Shown here in pieces: positions 1-18,000 of a stretch of 64,000 nucleotides of DNA. A program made the translations under genes and the position numbers. Source of the DNA: Eledone cirrhosa (taxonomy: Eukaryota). The stretch's first letter is position 1; each line of letters opens with the position of its first letter. A model generated the notes under the pieces. That model was given only the letters and a program-made list of their open reading frames with translations, was not told the origin of the DNA and searched no databases. The stretch lies in NCBI GenBank assembly GCA_964016885.1, contig OZ024744.1, positions 48,236,001 to 48,300,000 of the forward strand. The letters are read 5' to 3'.

Positions 1-3000
1 AACCACATCACATTAGACTATCAAGACCAGAACACCAACCACATCACATTAGACTATCAAGACCAGAACACCAACCACATTAGACTATCAAGACCAGAAT
101 ACCAACCACATCACATTAGACTATCAAGACCAGAACACCAACCACATTAGACTATCAAGACCAGAACACCAACCACATTAGACTATCAAGACCAGAACAC
201 CAACCACATTAGACTATCAAGACCAGAACACCAACCACATCACATTAGACTATCAAGACCAGAACACCAACCACATTAGACTATCAAGACCAGAACACCA
301 ACCACATTAGACTATCAAGACCAGAACACCAACCACATCACATTAGACTATCAAGACCAGAACACCAACCACATTAGACTATCAAGACCAGAACACCAAC
401 CACATCAGATTAGACTATCCTGACCAGAACACCAACCACATTAGACTATCAAGAACAGAACTCCAACCACATTACACTATCAAGACCAGAACACCAACCA
501 CATCACATTAGACTATCAAGACCAGAACACCAACCACATCACATTAGACTATCAAGACCAGAACACCAACCACATTAGACTATCAAGACCAGAACACCAA
601 CCACATTAGACTATCAAGACCAGAACACCAACCACATCACATTAGACTATCAAGACCAGAACACCAACCACATTAGACTATCAAGACCAGAACACCAACC
701 ACATCAGATTAGACTATCCTGACCAGAACACCAACCACATTAGACTATCAAGAACAGAACTCCAACCACATTACACTATCAAGACCAGAACACCAACCAC
801 ATCACATTAGACTATCAAGACCAGAACACCAACCACATCACATTAGACTATCAAGACCAGAACACCAACCACATTAGACTATCAAGACCAGAACACCAAC
901 CACATTAGACTATCAAGACCAGAACACCAACCACATTAGACTATCAAGACCAGAACACCAACCACATTAGACTATCAAGACCAGAACGCCAACCACATTA
1001 GACTATCAAGACCAGAACACCAACCACATTAGACTATCAACACCAGAACACCAACCACATTAGACTATCAAGACCAGAACACCAACAACATCACATTAGA
1101 CTATCAAGACCAGAACACCAACCACATCACATTAGACTATCAAGACCAGAACACCAACCACATTAGACTATCAAGACCAGAACACCAACACATCACATTA
1201 GACTATCAAGACCAGAACACCAACCACATCACAGTAGACTATCCTGACCAGAACACCAACCACATTAGACTATCAAGACCAGAACTCCAACCACATTAGA
1301 CTGTCAAGACCAGAACACCAACCACATCACATTAGACTATCAAGACCAGAACACCAACCACATTAGACTATCAAGACCAGAACACCAACCACATCACATT
1401 AGACTATCAAGACCAGAACACCAACCACATCACATTAGACTATCAAGACCATAACACAAACCACATTAGACTATCAAGACCATAACACCAACCACATTAG
1501 ACTATCAAGACCAGAACACCAACCACATTAGACTATCAAGACCAGAACACCAACCACATTAGACTATCAAGACCAGAACACCAACCACATCACATAAGAC
1601 TATCAAGACCAGAACATAAACCACATCACATTAGACTATCAAGACCAGAACACCAACCACATCACATTAGACTATCAAGACCAGAACACCAACCACATTA
1701 GACTATCAAGGACAGAACACCAACCATATTAGACTATCAAGACCAGAACACCAACCACATTAGACTATCAACAACAGAACACCAACCACATTAGACTATC
1801 AAGAACAGAACACCAACCACATTAGACTATCAAGACAAGAACACCAACCACATCACATTAGCCTATCAAGAACAGAACACCAACCACGTTAGACTATCAA
1901 GACCAGAACACCAACCACATTAGTCTATCAAGAACAGAACACCAACCACATTAGACTATCAAGACCAGAACACCAACCACATTAGACTATCAAGACCAGA
2001 ACACCAAACACATTACACTATCAAGAACAGAACACCAACCACATTAGACTATCAAGAACAGAACACCAACCACATTAGACTATCAAGAACAGAACACCAA
2101 CCACATTAGACTATCAAGACCAGAACACCAACCACATTAGACTATCAAGAACCGAACACCAACCACATTAGACTATCAAGAACAGAACACCAACCACATT
2201 AGACTATCAAGAACAGAACACAAACCACATTAGACTATCAAGACCAGAACATTAACAACATCACATAGTCTATCAAGACCAGAACACCAACAACATCACA
2301 TTACACTATCAAGACCAGAACACCAACCACATCACATTAGACTATCAAGACCAGAACACCAACCACATTAGACTATCAAGACCAGAACACCAACCACATT
2401 AGACTATCAAGACCAGAACACCAACCACATTAGACTATCAAGAACAGAACACCAACCACATTAGACTATCAAGACCAGAACACCAACCACATTAGACTAT
2501 CAAGGACAGAACACCAACCATATTAGACTATCAAGACCAGAACACCAACCACATTAGACTATCAAGAACAGAACACCAACCACATTAGACTATCAAGAAC
2601 AGAACACCAACCACATTAGACTATCAAGACCAGAACACCAACCACATCACATTAGCCTATCAAGAACAGAACACCAACCACATTAGACTATCAAGACCAG
2701 AACACCAACCACATTAGTCTATCAAGAACAGAACACCAACCACATTAGACTATCAAGACCAGAACACCAACCACATTAGACTATCAAGACCAGAACACCA
2801 AACACATTACACTATCAAGAACAGAACACCAACCACATTAGACTATCAAGAACAGAACACCAACCACATTAGACTATCAAGACCAGAACACCAACCACAT
2901 TAGACTATCAAGAACAGAACACCAACCACATTAGACTATCAAGAACAGAACACCAACCACATTAGACTATCAAGAACAGAACACAAACCACATTAGACTA

Positions 3001-6000
3001 TCAAGACCAGAACATTAACAACATCACATAGTCTATCAAGACCAGAACACCAACAACATCACATTACACTATCAAGACCAGAACACCACCCACATCACAT
3101 TAGACTATCAAGACCAGAACACCAAACACATCACATTAGACTATCAAGACCAGAACACCAACCACATTAGACTACCAAGACCAGAACACCAACCACATCA
3201 CATTAGACAATTAAGACCAGAACACCAACCACATTAGACTATCAAGACCAGAACTACAACCACATTAGACTATCAAGACCAGAACACCAACCACATCACA
3301 TTAGACTATCAAGACCATAACACCAACCACATTAGACTATCAAGATCATAACACCAACCACATTAGACTATCAAGACCAGAACAACAACTAGATCACATT
3401 AGACTATCAAGACCAGAACATCAACAATATCATTTTAGACTATCAAGACCAGAATACCAACAAAATCACATTAGACTATCAAGACCAGAACACCAACCAC
3501 ATCACATTAGACTATCAAGACCAGAACACCAACCACATCACATTAGACTATCAAGACCAGAACACCAACCACATCACATTAGACTATCAAGACGTGAACA
3601 CCAACCACATTAGACTATCAAGACCAGAACACCAACCACATTAGACTATCAAGACCAGAACACCAACCACATCAGATTAGACTATCCTGACCAGAACACC
3701 AACCACATTAGACTATCAAGAACAGAACTCCAACCACATTACACTATCAAGACCAGAACACCAACCACATCACATTAGACTATCAAGACCAGAACACCAA
3801 CCACATCACATTAGACTATCAAGACCAGAACACCAACCACATTAGACTATCAAGACCAGAACACCAACCACATTAGACTATCAAGACCAGAACACCAACC
3901 ACATCACATTAGACTATCAAGACCAGAACACCAACCACATTAGACTATCAAGACCAGAACACCAACCACATCAGATTAGACTATCCTGACCAGAACACCA
4001 ACCACATTAGACTATCAAGAACAGAACTCCAACCACATTACACTATCAAGACCAGAACACCAACCACATCACATTAGACTATCAAGACCAGAACACCAAC
4101 CACATCACATTAGACTATCAAGACCAGAACACCAACCACATTAGACTATCAAGACCAGAACACCAACCACATTAGACTATCAAGACCAGAACACCAACCA
4201 CATTAGACTATCAAGACCAGAACACCAACCACATTAGACTATCAAGACCAGAACGCCAACCACATTAGACTATCAAGACCAGAACACCAACCACATTAGA
4301 CTATCAACACCAGAACACCAACCACATTAGACTATCAAGACCAGAACACCAACAACATCACATTAGACTATCAAGACCAGAACACCAACCACATCACATT
4401 AGACTATCAAGACCAGAACACCAACCACATTAGACTATCAAGACCAGAACACCAACACATCACATTAGACTATCAAGACCAGAACACCAACCACATCACA
4501 GTAGACTATCCTGACCAGAACACCAACCACATTAGACTATCAAGACCAGAACTCCAACCACATTAGACTGTCAAGACCAGAACACCAACCACATCACATT
4601 AGACTATCAAGACCAGAACACCAACCACATTAGACTATCAAGACCAGAACACCAACCACATCACATTAGACAATCAAGACCAGAACACCAACCACATCAC
4701 ATTAGACTATCAAGACCAGAACACCAACCACATCACATTAGACTATCAAGACCATAACACAAACCACATTAGACTATCAAGACCATAACACCAACCACAT
4801 TAGACTATCAAGACCAGAACACCAACCACATTAGACTATCAAGACCAGAACACCAACCACATTAGACTATCAAGACCAGAACACCAACCACATCACATAA
4901 GACTATCAAGACCAGAACATAAACCACATCACATTAGACTATCAAGACCAGAACACCAACCACATCACATTAGACTATCAAGACCAGAACACCAACCACA
5001 TTAGACTATCAAGGACAGAACACCAACCATATTAGACTATCAAGACCAGAACACCAACCACATTAGACTATCAACAACAGAACACCAACCACATTAGACT
5101 ATCAAGAACAGAACACCAACCACATTAGACTATCAAGACCAGAACACCAACCACATCACATTAGCCTATCAAGAACAGAACACCAACCACATTAGACTAT
5201 CAAGACCAGAACACCAACCACATTAGTCTATCAAGAACAGAACACCAACCACATTAGACTATCAAGACCAGAACACCAACCACATTAGACTATCAAGACC
5301 AGAACACCAAACACATTACACTATCAAGAACAGAACACCAACCACATTAGACTATCAAGAACAGAACACCAACCACATTAGACTATCAAGAACAGAACAC
5401 CAACCACATTAGACTATCAAGACCAGAACACCAACCACATTAGACTATCAAGAACCGAACACCAACCACATTAGACTATCAAGAACAGAACACCAACCAC
5501 ATTAGACTATCAAGAACAGAACACAAAACACATTAGACTATCAAGACCAGAACATTAACAACATCACATAGTCTATCAAGACCAGAACACCAACAACATC
5601 ACATTACACTATCAAGACCAGAACACCACCCACATCACATTAGACTATCAAGACCAGAACACCAAACACATCACATTAGACTATCAAGACCAGAACACCA
5701 ACCACATTAGACTACCAAGACCAGAACATTAACAACATCACATAGTCTATCAAGACCAGAACACCAACAACATCACATTACACTATCAAGACCAGAACAC
5801 CAACCACATCACATTAGACTATTAAGACCAGAACACCAACCACATTAGACTATCAAGACCAGAACTCCAACCACATTAGACTATCAAGACCAGAACACCA
5901 ACCACATCACATTAGACTATCAAGACCATAACACCAACCACATTAGACTATCAAGACCATAACACCAACCACATTAGACTATCAAGACCAGAACAACAAC

Positions 6001-9000
6001 TAGATCACATTAGACTATCAAGACCAGAACATCAACAATATCATTTTAGACTATCAAGACCAGAACACCAACAAAATCACATTAGACTATCAAGACCAGA
6101 ACACCAACCACATCACATTAGACTATCAAGACCAGAACACCAACCACATCACATTAGACTATCAAGACCAGAACACCAACCACATCACATTAGACTATCA
6201 AGACCAGAACACCAACCACATTAGACTATCAAGACCAGAACACCAACCACATTAGACTATCAAGACCAGAACACCAACCACATCACATTAGACTATCAAG
6301 ACCAGAACACCAACCACATTAGACTATCAAGACCAGAACACCAACCACATCAGATTAGACTATCCTGACCAGAACACCAACCACATTAGACTATCAAGAA
6401 CAGAACTCCAACCACATTACACTATCAAGACCAGAACACCAACCACATCACATTAGACTATCAAGACCAGAACACCAACCACATCACATTAGACTATCAA
6501 GACCAGAACACCAACCACATTAGACTATCAAGACCAGAACACCAACCACATTAGACTATCAAGACCAGAACACCAACCACATTAGACTATCAAGACCAGA
6601 ACACCAACCACATTAGACTATCAAGACCAGAACGCCAACCACATTAGACTATCAAGACCAGAACACCAACCACATTAGACTATCAACACCAGAACACCAA
6701 CCACATTAGACTATCAAGACCAGAACACCAACAACATCACATTAGACTATCAAGACCAGAACACCAACCACATCACATTAGACTATCAAGACCAGAACAC
6801 CAACCACATTAGACTATCAAGACCAGAACACCAACACATCACATTAGACTATCAAGACCAGAACACCAACCACATCACAGTAGACTATCCTGACCAGAAC
6901 ACCAACCACATTAGACTATCAAGACCAGAACTCCAACCACATTAGACTGTCAAGACCAGAACACCAACCACATCACATTAGACTATCAAGACCAGAACAC
7001 CAACCACATTAGACTATCAAGACCAGAACACCAACCACATCACATTAGACAATCAAGACCAGAACACCAACCACATCACATTAGACTATCAAGACCAGAA
7101 CACCAACCACATCACATTAGACTATCAAGACCATAACACAAACCACATTAGACTATCAAGACCATAACACCAACCACATTAGACTATCAAGACCAGAACA
7201 CCAACCACATTAGACTATCAAGACCAGAACACCAACCACATTAGACTATCAAGACCAGAACACCAACCACATCACATAAGACTATCAAGACCAGAACATA
7301 AACCACATCACATTAGACTATCAAGACCAGAACACCAACCACATCACATTAGACTATCAAGACCAGAACACCAACCACATTAGACTATCAAGGACAGAAC
7401 ACCAACCATATTAGACTATCAAGACCAGAACACCAACCACATTAGACTATCAACAACAGAACACCAACCACATTAGACTATCAAGAACAGAACACCAACC
7501 ACATTAGACTATCAAGACCAGAACACCAACCACATCACATTAGCCTATCAAGAACAGAACACCAACCACATTAGACTATCAAGACCAGAACACCAACCAC
7601 ATTAGTCTATCAAGAACAGAACACCAACCACATTAGACTATCAAGACCAGAACACCAACCACATTAGACTATCAAGACCAGAACACCAAACACATTACAC
7701 TATCAAGAACAGAACACCAACCACATTAGACTATCAAGAACAGAACACCAACCACATTAGACTATCAAGAACAGAACACCAACCACATTAGACTATCAAG
7801 ACCAGAACACCAACCACATTAGACTATCAAGAACCGAACACCAACCACATTAGACTATCAAGAACAGAACACCAACCACATTAGACTATCAAGAACAGAA
7901 CACAAAACACATTAGACTATCAAGACCAGAACATTAACAACATCACATAGTCTATCAAGACCAGAACACCAACAACATCACATTACACTATCAAGACCAG
8001 AACACCACCCACATCACATTAGACTATCAAGACCAGAACACCAAACACATCACATTAGACTATCAAGACCAGAACACCAACCACATTAGACTACCAAGAC
8101 CAGAACATTAACAACATCACATAGTCTATCAAGACCAGAACACCAACAACATCACATTACACTATCAAGACCAGAACACCAACCACATCACATTAGACTA
8201 TTAAGACCAGAACACCAACCACATTAGACTATCAAGACCAGAACTCCAACCACATTAGACTATCAAGACCAGAACACCAACCACATCACATTAGACTATC
8301 AAGACCATAACACCAACCACATTAGACTATCAAGACCATAACACCAACCACATTAGACTATCAAGACCAGAACAACAACTAGATCACATTAGACTATCAA
8401 GACCAGAACATCAACAATATCATTTTAGACTATCAAGACCAGAACACCAACAAAATCACATTAGACTATCAAGACCAGAACACCAACCACATCACATTAG
8501 ACTATCAAGACCAGAACACCAACCACATCACATTAGACTATCAAGACCAGAACACCAACCACATCACATTAGACTATCAAGACGTGAACACCAACCACAT
8601 TAGACTATCAAGACCAGAACACCAACCACATTAGACTATCAAGACCAGAACACCAACCACATTAGACTATCAAGTCCAGAACACCAACCACATCACATTA
8701 GACTATCAAGACCAGAACACCAACCACATTAGATTTCAAGACCAGAACACCAACCACATTATACTATCAAGACCAGAACACCAACCACATCACATTAGAC
8801 TATCAAGAACAGAACACCAACCACATCACATTAGACTATCAAGACCAGAACACCAACCACATCACATTAGACTATCAAGACCAGAACACCAACCACATCA
8901 CATTAGACTATCAAGACGTGAACACCAACCACATTAGACTATCAAGACCAGAACACCAACCACATTAGACTATCAAGACCAGAACACCAACCACATTAGA

Positions 9001-12000
9001 CTATCAAGACAAGAACACCAACCACATCACATTAGACTATCAAGACCAGAACACCAACAACATCACATTAGACTATCAAGACCATAACACCAACCATATT
9101 AGACTATCAAGACCAGAACACCAACCACATCACATTAGACTATCAAGACCAGAACACCAACCACATTAGACTATCAAGACCAGAACACCAACCACATTAG
9201 ACTATCAAGACCAGAACACCAACCACATCACATTAGAATATCAAGACCAGAACACCAACCACATTAGACTATCAAGACCAGAACACCAACCACATCACAT
9301 TAGACTATCAAAACCAGAACACCAACCACATTAGACTATCAAGAACAGAACACCAACCACATTAGACTATCAAGAACAGAACACCAACCACATTAGACTA
9401 TCAAGACCAGAACACCAACCACATCACATTAGACTATCAAGACCAGAACACTAACCACATTAGACTATCAAGACCAGAACACTAACAACATCACATAGTC
9501 TATCAAGACCAGAACACCAACAACATCACATTAGACTATAAAGACCAGAACACCAACAACATCACATTAGACTATCAAGACCAGAACACCACCCACATCA
9601 CATTAGACTTTCAAAACCAGAACACCAAACACATCACATAAGACTATCAAGACCAGAACACCAACCACATTAGACTACCATGACCAGAACAACAACCACA
9701 TCACATTAGACTATTAAGACCAGAACACCAACCACATCACATTAGACTATCAAGACCAGAACACCAACCACATTAGACTATCAAGACCAGAACTCCAACC
9801 ACATCACATTAGACTATCAAGACCAGAACACCAACCACATTAGACTATCAAGACCAGAACACCAACCACATCACATTAGACTATCAAGACCAGAACACCA
9901 ACCACATCACATTAGAATATCAAGACCAGAACACCAACCACATCACATTAGACTATCAAGACCATAACACCAACCACATTAGACTATCAAGACCATAACA
10001 CCAACCACATTAGACTATCAAGACCAGAACACCAACCACATTAGACTATCAAGACCAGAACACCAACCACATTAGACTATCAAGACCAGAACACCAACCA
10101 CATCACATAAGACTATCAAGACCAGAACATAAACCACATCACATTAGACTATCAAGACCAGAACACCAACCACATCACATTAGACTATCAAGACCAGAAC
10201 ACCAACCACATCACATTAGACTATCAAGACCAGAACACCAACCACATCACATTAGACTATCAAGACCAGAACACCAACCACATCAAATTAGACTATCAAG
10301 ACCAGAACACCAGCCACATTAGACTATCAAGACCAGAACACCAACTACATTAGACTATCAAGACCAGAACACCAACCACATTAGACTATCAAGACCAGAA
10401 CACCAACCACATCACATAAGACTATCAAGACCAGAACATAAACCACATCACATTAGACTATCAAGACCAGAACACCAACCACATCACATTAGACTATCAA
10501 GACCAGAACACCAACCACATCACATTAGACTATCAAGACCAGAACACCAACCACATTAGACTATCAAGAACAGAACACCAACCACATTAGACTATCAAGA
10601 CCAGAACACCAACCACATCACATTAGCCTATCAAGAACAGAACACCAACCACATTAGACTATCAAGACCAGAACACCAACCGCATTAGTCTATCAAGAAC
10701 AGAACACCAACCACATTAGACTATCAAGACCAGAACACCAACCACATTAGACTATCAAGACCAGAACACCAAACACATTACACTATCAAGAACAGAACAC
10801 CAACCACATTAGACTATCAAGAACAGAACACCAACCACATTAGACTATCAAGAACAGAACACCAACCACATTAGACTATCAAGACCAGAACACCAACCAC
10901 ATTAGACTATCAAGAACCGAACACCAACCACATTAGACTATCAAGAACAGAACACCAACCACATTAGACTATCAAGAACAGAACACAAAACACATTAGAC
11001 TATCAAGACCAGAACATTAACCACATCACATAGTCTATCAAGACCAGAACACCAACAACATCACATTACACTATCAAGACCAGAACACCACCCACATCAC
11101 ATTAGACTATCAAGACCAGAACACCAAACACATCACATTAGACTATCAAGACCAGAACACCAACCACATTAGACTACCAAGACCAGAACATTAACAACAT
11201 CACATAGTCTATCAAGACCAGAACACCAACAACATCACATTACACTATCAAGACCAGAACACCAACCACATCACATTAGACTATTAAGACCAGAACACCA
11301 ACCACATTAGACTATCAAGACCAGAACTCCAACCACATTAGACTATCAAGACCAGAACACCAACCACATCACATTAGACTATCAAGACCATAACACCAAC
11401 CACATTAGACTATCAAGACCATAACACCAACCACATTAGACTATCAAGACCAGAACAACAACTAGATCACATTAGACTATCAAGACCAGAACATCAACAA
11501 TATCATTTTAGACTATCAAGACCAGAACACCAACAAAATCACATTAGACTATCAAGACCAGAACACCAACCACATCACATTAGACTATCAAGACCAGAAC
11601 ACCAACCACATCACATTAGACTATCAAGACGTGAACATCAACCACATTAGACTATCAAGACCAGAACACCAACCACATTAGACTATCAAGACCAGAACAC
11701 CAACCACATTAGACTATCAAGACCAGAACACCAACCACATCACATTAGACTATCAAGACCAGAACACCAACCACATTAGATTTCAAGACCAGAACACCAA
11801 CCACATTATACTATCAAGACCAGAACACCAACCACATCACATTAGACTATCAAGAACAGAACACCAACCACATCACATTAGACTATCAAGACCAGAACAC
11901 CAACCACATCACATTAGACTATCAAGACCAGAACACCAACCACATCACATTAGACTATCAAGACGTGAACACCAACCACATTAGACTATCAAGACCAGAA

Positions 12001-15000
12001 CACCAACCACATTAGACTATCAAGACCAGAACACCAACCACATTAGACTATCAAGACCAGAACACCAACCACATCACATTAGACTATCAAGACCAGAACA
12101 CCAACAACATCACATTAGACTATCAAGACCATAACACCAACCATATTAGACTATCAAGACCAGAACACCAACCACATCACATTAGACTATCAAGACCAGA
12201 ACACCAACCACATTAGACTATCAAGACCAGAACACCAACCACATTAGACTATCAAGACCAGAACACCAACCACATCACATTAGAATATCAAGACCAGAAC
12301 ACCAACCACATTAGACTATCAAGACCAGAACACCAACCACATCACATTAGACTATCAAAACCAGAACACCAACCACATTAGACTATCAAGAACAGAACAC
12401 CAACCACATTAGACTATCAAGAACAGAACACCAACCACATTAGACTATCAAGACCAGAACACCAACCACATCACATTAGACTATCAAGACCAGAACACTA
12501 ACCACATTAGACTATCAAGACCAGAACACTAACAACATCACATAGTCTATCAAGACCAGAACACCAACAACATCACATTAGACTATAAAGACCAGAACAC
12601 CAACAACATCACATTAGACTATCAAGACCAGAACACCACCCACATCACATTAGACTATCAAAACCAGAACACCAAACACATCACATAAGACTATCAAGAC
12701 CAGAACACCAACCACATTAGACTACCATGACCAGAACAACAACCACATCACATTAGACTATTAAGACCAGAACACCAACCACATCACATTAGACTATCAA
12801 GACCAGAACACCAACCACATTAGACTATCAAGACCAGAACACCAACCACATTAGACTATCAAGACCAGAACTCCAACCACATCACATTAGACTATCAAGA
12901 CCAGAACACCAACCACATTAGACTATCAAGACCAGAACACCAACCACATCACATTAGACTATCAAGACCAGAACACCAACCACATCACATTAGAATATCA
13001 AGACCAGAACACAAACCACATCACATTAGACTATCAAGACCATAACACCAACCACATTAGACTATCAAGACCATAACACCAACCACATTAGACTATCAAG
13101 ACCAGAACACCAACCACATTAGACTATCAAGACCAGAACACCAACCACATTAGACTATCAAGACCAGAACACCAACCACATCACATAAGACTATCAAGAC
13201 CAGAACATAAACCACATCACATTAGACTATCAAGACCAGAACACCAACCACATCACATTAGACTATCAAGACCAGAACACCAACCACATCACATTAGACT
13301 ATCAAGACCAGAACACCAACCACATCACATTAGACTATCAAGACCAGAACACCAACCACATCACATTAGACTATCAAGACCAGAACACCAGTCACATTAG
13401 ACTATCAAGACCAGAACACCAACTACATTAGACTATCAAGACCAGAACACCAACCACATTAGACTATCAAGACCAGAACACCAACCACATCACATAAGAC
13501 TATCAAGACCAGAACATAAACCACATCACATTAGACTATCAAGACCAGAACACCAACCACATCACATTAGACTATCAAGACCAGAACACCAACCACATCA
13601 CATTAGACTATCAAGACCAGAACACTAACCACATTAGACTATCAAGACCAGAACACCAACCACATTAGACTATCAAGACCAGAACACCAACCACATCACA
13701 TTAGACTATCAAGACCAGAACACCAACCACATTAGACTATCAAGACCAGAACACCAACAATATCATTTTAGACTATCAAGACCAGAACACCAACCACATT
13801 AGACTATCAAGACCAGAACACCAACAACATTAGACTATCAAGACCAGAACACCAACCACATCACATTAGACTATCAAGACCAGAACACCAACCACATTAG
13901 ACTATCAAGACCAGAACACCAACCACATCACATTTGACTATCAAGACCAGAACACCAACCACATCACATTAGACTATCAAGACCAGAACACAAACCACAT
14001 CACATTAGACTATCAAGACCAGAACACCAACCACATCACATTAGACTATCAAGACCAGAACACCAACCACATTAGACTATCAAGACCAGAACTCCAACCA
14101 CATTAGACTATCAAGAGAAGAACACCAACCACATCACATTAGACTATCAAGACCAGAACACCAACCACATTAGACTATCAAGACCAGAACTCCAACCACA
14201 TTAGACTATCAAGACCAGAACACCAACAACATTAGACTATCAACACCAGAACACCAACCACATTAGACTATCAAGACCAGAACTCCAACCACATTAGACT
14301 ATCAAGACCAGAACACCAACCACATTAGACTATCAAGACCAGAACACCAACAACATTAGACTATCAAGACCAGAACACCAACCACATCACATTAGACTAT
14401 CAAGACCAGAACAACAACCACATTAGACTATCAAGACCAGAACACCAACCACATCACATTTGACTATCAAGACCAGAACACCAACCACATCACATTAGAC
14501 TATCAAGACCAGAACACCAACCACATCACATTAGACTATCAAGACCAGAACACCAACCATATCACATTAGACTATCAAGACCAGAACACCAACCACATTA
14601 GACTATCAAGACCAGAATACCAACCACATCACATTAGACTATCAAGACCAGAACACCAACCACATTAGACTATCAAGACCAGAACACCAACCACATTAGA
14701 CTATCAAGACCAGAACACCAACCACATTAGACTATCAAGACCAGAACACCAACCACATTAGACTATCAAGACCAGAACACCAACCACATCACATTAGACT
14801 ATCATGACCAGAACACCAACCACATTAGACTATCAAGACCAGAGCACCAACCACATCAGATTAGACTATCCTGACCAGAACACCAACCACATTAGACTAT
14901 CAAGAACAGAACTCCAACCACATTACACTATCAAGACCAGAACACCAACCACATCACATTAGACTATCAAGACCAGAACACCAACCACATCACATTAGAC

Positions 15001-18000
15001 TATCAAGACCAGAACACCAACCACATTAGACTATCAAGACCAGAACACCAACCACATTAGACTATCAAGACCAGAACACCAACCACATCACGTTAGTCTA
15101 TCAAGACCAGAACACCAACCACATTAGACTATCAAGACCAGAACACCAACCACATCAGATTAGACTATCCTGACCAGAACACCAACCACATTAGACTATC
15201 AAGAACAGAACTCCAACCGCATTACACTATCAAGACCAGAACACCAACCACATCACATTAGACTATCAAGACCAGAACACCAACCACATCACATTAGACT
15301 ATCAAGACCAGAACACCAACCACATTAGACTATCAAGACCAGAACACCAACCACATTAGACTATCAAGACCAGAACACCAACCACATTAGACTATCAAGA
15401 CCAGAACACCAACCACATTAGACTATCAAGACCAGAACGCCAACCACATTAGACTATCAAGACCAGAACACCAACCACATTAGACTATCAACACCAGAAC
15501 ACCAACCACATTAGACTATCAAGACCAGAACACCAACAACATCACATTAGACTATCAAGACCAGAACACCAACCACATCACATTAGACTATCAAGACCAG
15601 AACACCAACCACATTAGACTATCAAGACCAGAACACCAACACATCACATTAGACTATCAAGACCAGAACACCAACCACATCACAGTAGACTATCCTGACC
15701 AGAACACCAACCACATTAGACTATCAAGACCAGAACTCCAACCACATTAGACTGTCAAGACCAGAACACCAACCACATCACATTAGACTATCAAGACCAG
15801 AACACCAACCACATTAGATTATCAAGACCAGAACACCAACCACATCACATTAGACTATCAAGACCAGAACACTAACCACATTAGACTATCAAGACCAGAA
15901 CACCAACCACATTAGACTATCAAGACCAGAACACCAACCACATCACATTAGACTATCAAGACCAGAACACCAACCACATTAGACTATCAAGACCAGAACA
16001 CCAACAATATCATTTTAGACTATCAAGACCAGAACACCAACCACATTAGGCTATCAAGACCAGAACACCAACAACATTAGACTATCAAGACCAGAACACC
16101 AACCACATCACATTAGACTATCAAGACCAGAACACCAACCACATTAGACTATCAAGACCAGAACACCAACCACATCACATTTGACTATCAAGACCAGAAC
16201 ACCAACCACATCACATTAGACTATCAAGACCAGAACACAAACCACATCACATTAGACTATCAAGACCAGAACACCAACCACATCACATTAGACTATCAAG
16301 ACCAGAACACCAACCACATTAGACTATCAAGACCAGAACTCCAACCACATTAGACTATCAAGAGAAGAACACCAACCACATCACATTAGACTATCAAGAC
16401 CAGAACACCAACCACATTAGACTATCAAGACCAGAACCCCAACCACATTAGACTATCAAGACCAGAACACCAACAACATTAGACTATCAACACCAGAACA
16501 CCAACCACATTAGACTATCAAGACCAGAACTCCAACCACATTAGACTATCAAGACCAGAACACCAACCACATTAGACTATCAAGACCAGAACACCAACAA
16601 CATTACACTATCAAGACCAGAACACCAACCACATCACATTAGACTATCAAGACCAGAACACCAACCACATTAGACTATCAAGACCAGAACACCAACCACA
16701 TCACATTAGACTATCAAGACCAGAACACCAACCACATTAGACTATCAAGACCAGAACACCAACCACATTAGACTATCAAGACCAGAACACCAACCACATT
16801 AGACTATCAAGACCAGAACACCAACCACATCACATTAGACTATCAAGACCAGAACACCAAACACATTAGACTATCAAGACCAGAACACCAACCACATTAG
16901 ACTATCAAGACCAGAACACCAACCACATCACATTAGACTATCAAGACCAGAACACCAACCACATTAGACTATCAAGACCAGAACACCAACCACATCAGAT
17001 TAGACTATCCTGACCAGAACACCAACCACATTAGACTATCAAGAACAGAACTCCAACCACATTACACTATCAAGACCAGAACACCAACCACATCACATTA
17101 GACTATCAAGACCAGAACACCAACCACATCACATTAGACTATCAAGACCAGAACACCAACCACATTAGACTATCATGACCAGAACACCAACCACATTATA
17201 CTATCAAGACCATAACACCAACCACATCACATCAGACTATCAAGAGCAGAACACCAACCACATTAGACTATCAAGACCAGAACACCAACCACATTAGACT
17301 ATCAAGACCAGAACACCAACCACATTAGACTATCAAGACCAGAACACCAACCACATTAGACTATCAAGACCAGAACACCAACCACATTAGACTATCAAGA
17401 CCAGAACACCAACAACATCACATTAGACTATCAAGACCAGAACACCAACCACATCACATTAGACTATCAAGACCAGAACACCAACCACATTAGACTATCA
17501 AGACCAGAACACCAACACATCACATTAGACTATCAAGACCAGAACACCAACCACATCACAGTAGACTATCCTGACCAGAACACCAACCACATTAGACTAT
17601 CAAGACCAGAACTCCAACCACATTAGACTGTCAAGACCAGAACACCAACCACATCACATTAGACTATCAAGACCAGAACACCAACCACATTAGATTATCA
17701 AGACCAGAACACCAACCACATCACATTAGACTATCAAGACCAGAACACCAACCACATTAGACTATCAAGACCAGAACACCAACCACATCACATTAGACTA
17801 TCAAGACCAGAACACCAACCACATTAGACTATCAAGACCAGAACACCAACCACATTAGACTATCAAGACCAGAACACCAACCACATTAGATTATTAAGAC
17901 CAGAACACCAACCACATCACATTAGACTATCAAGACCAGAACACCAACCACATTAGACTATCAAGACCAGAACACCAACCATATTAGACTATCAAGACCA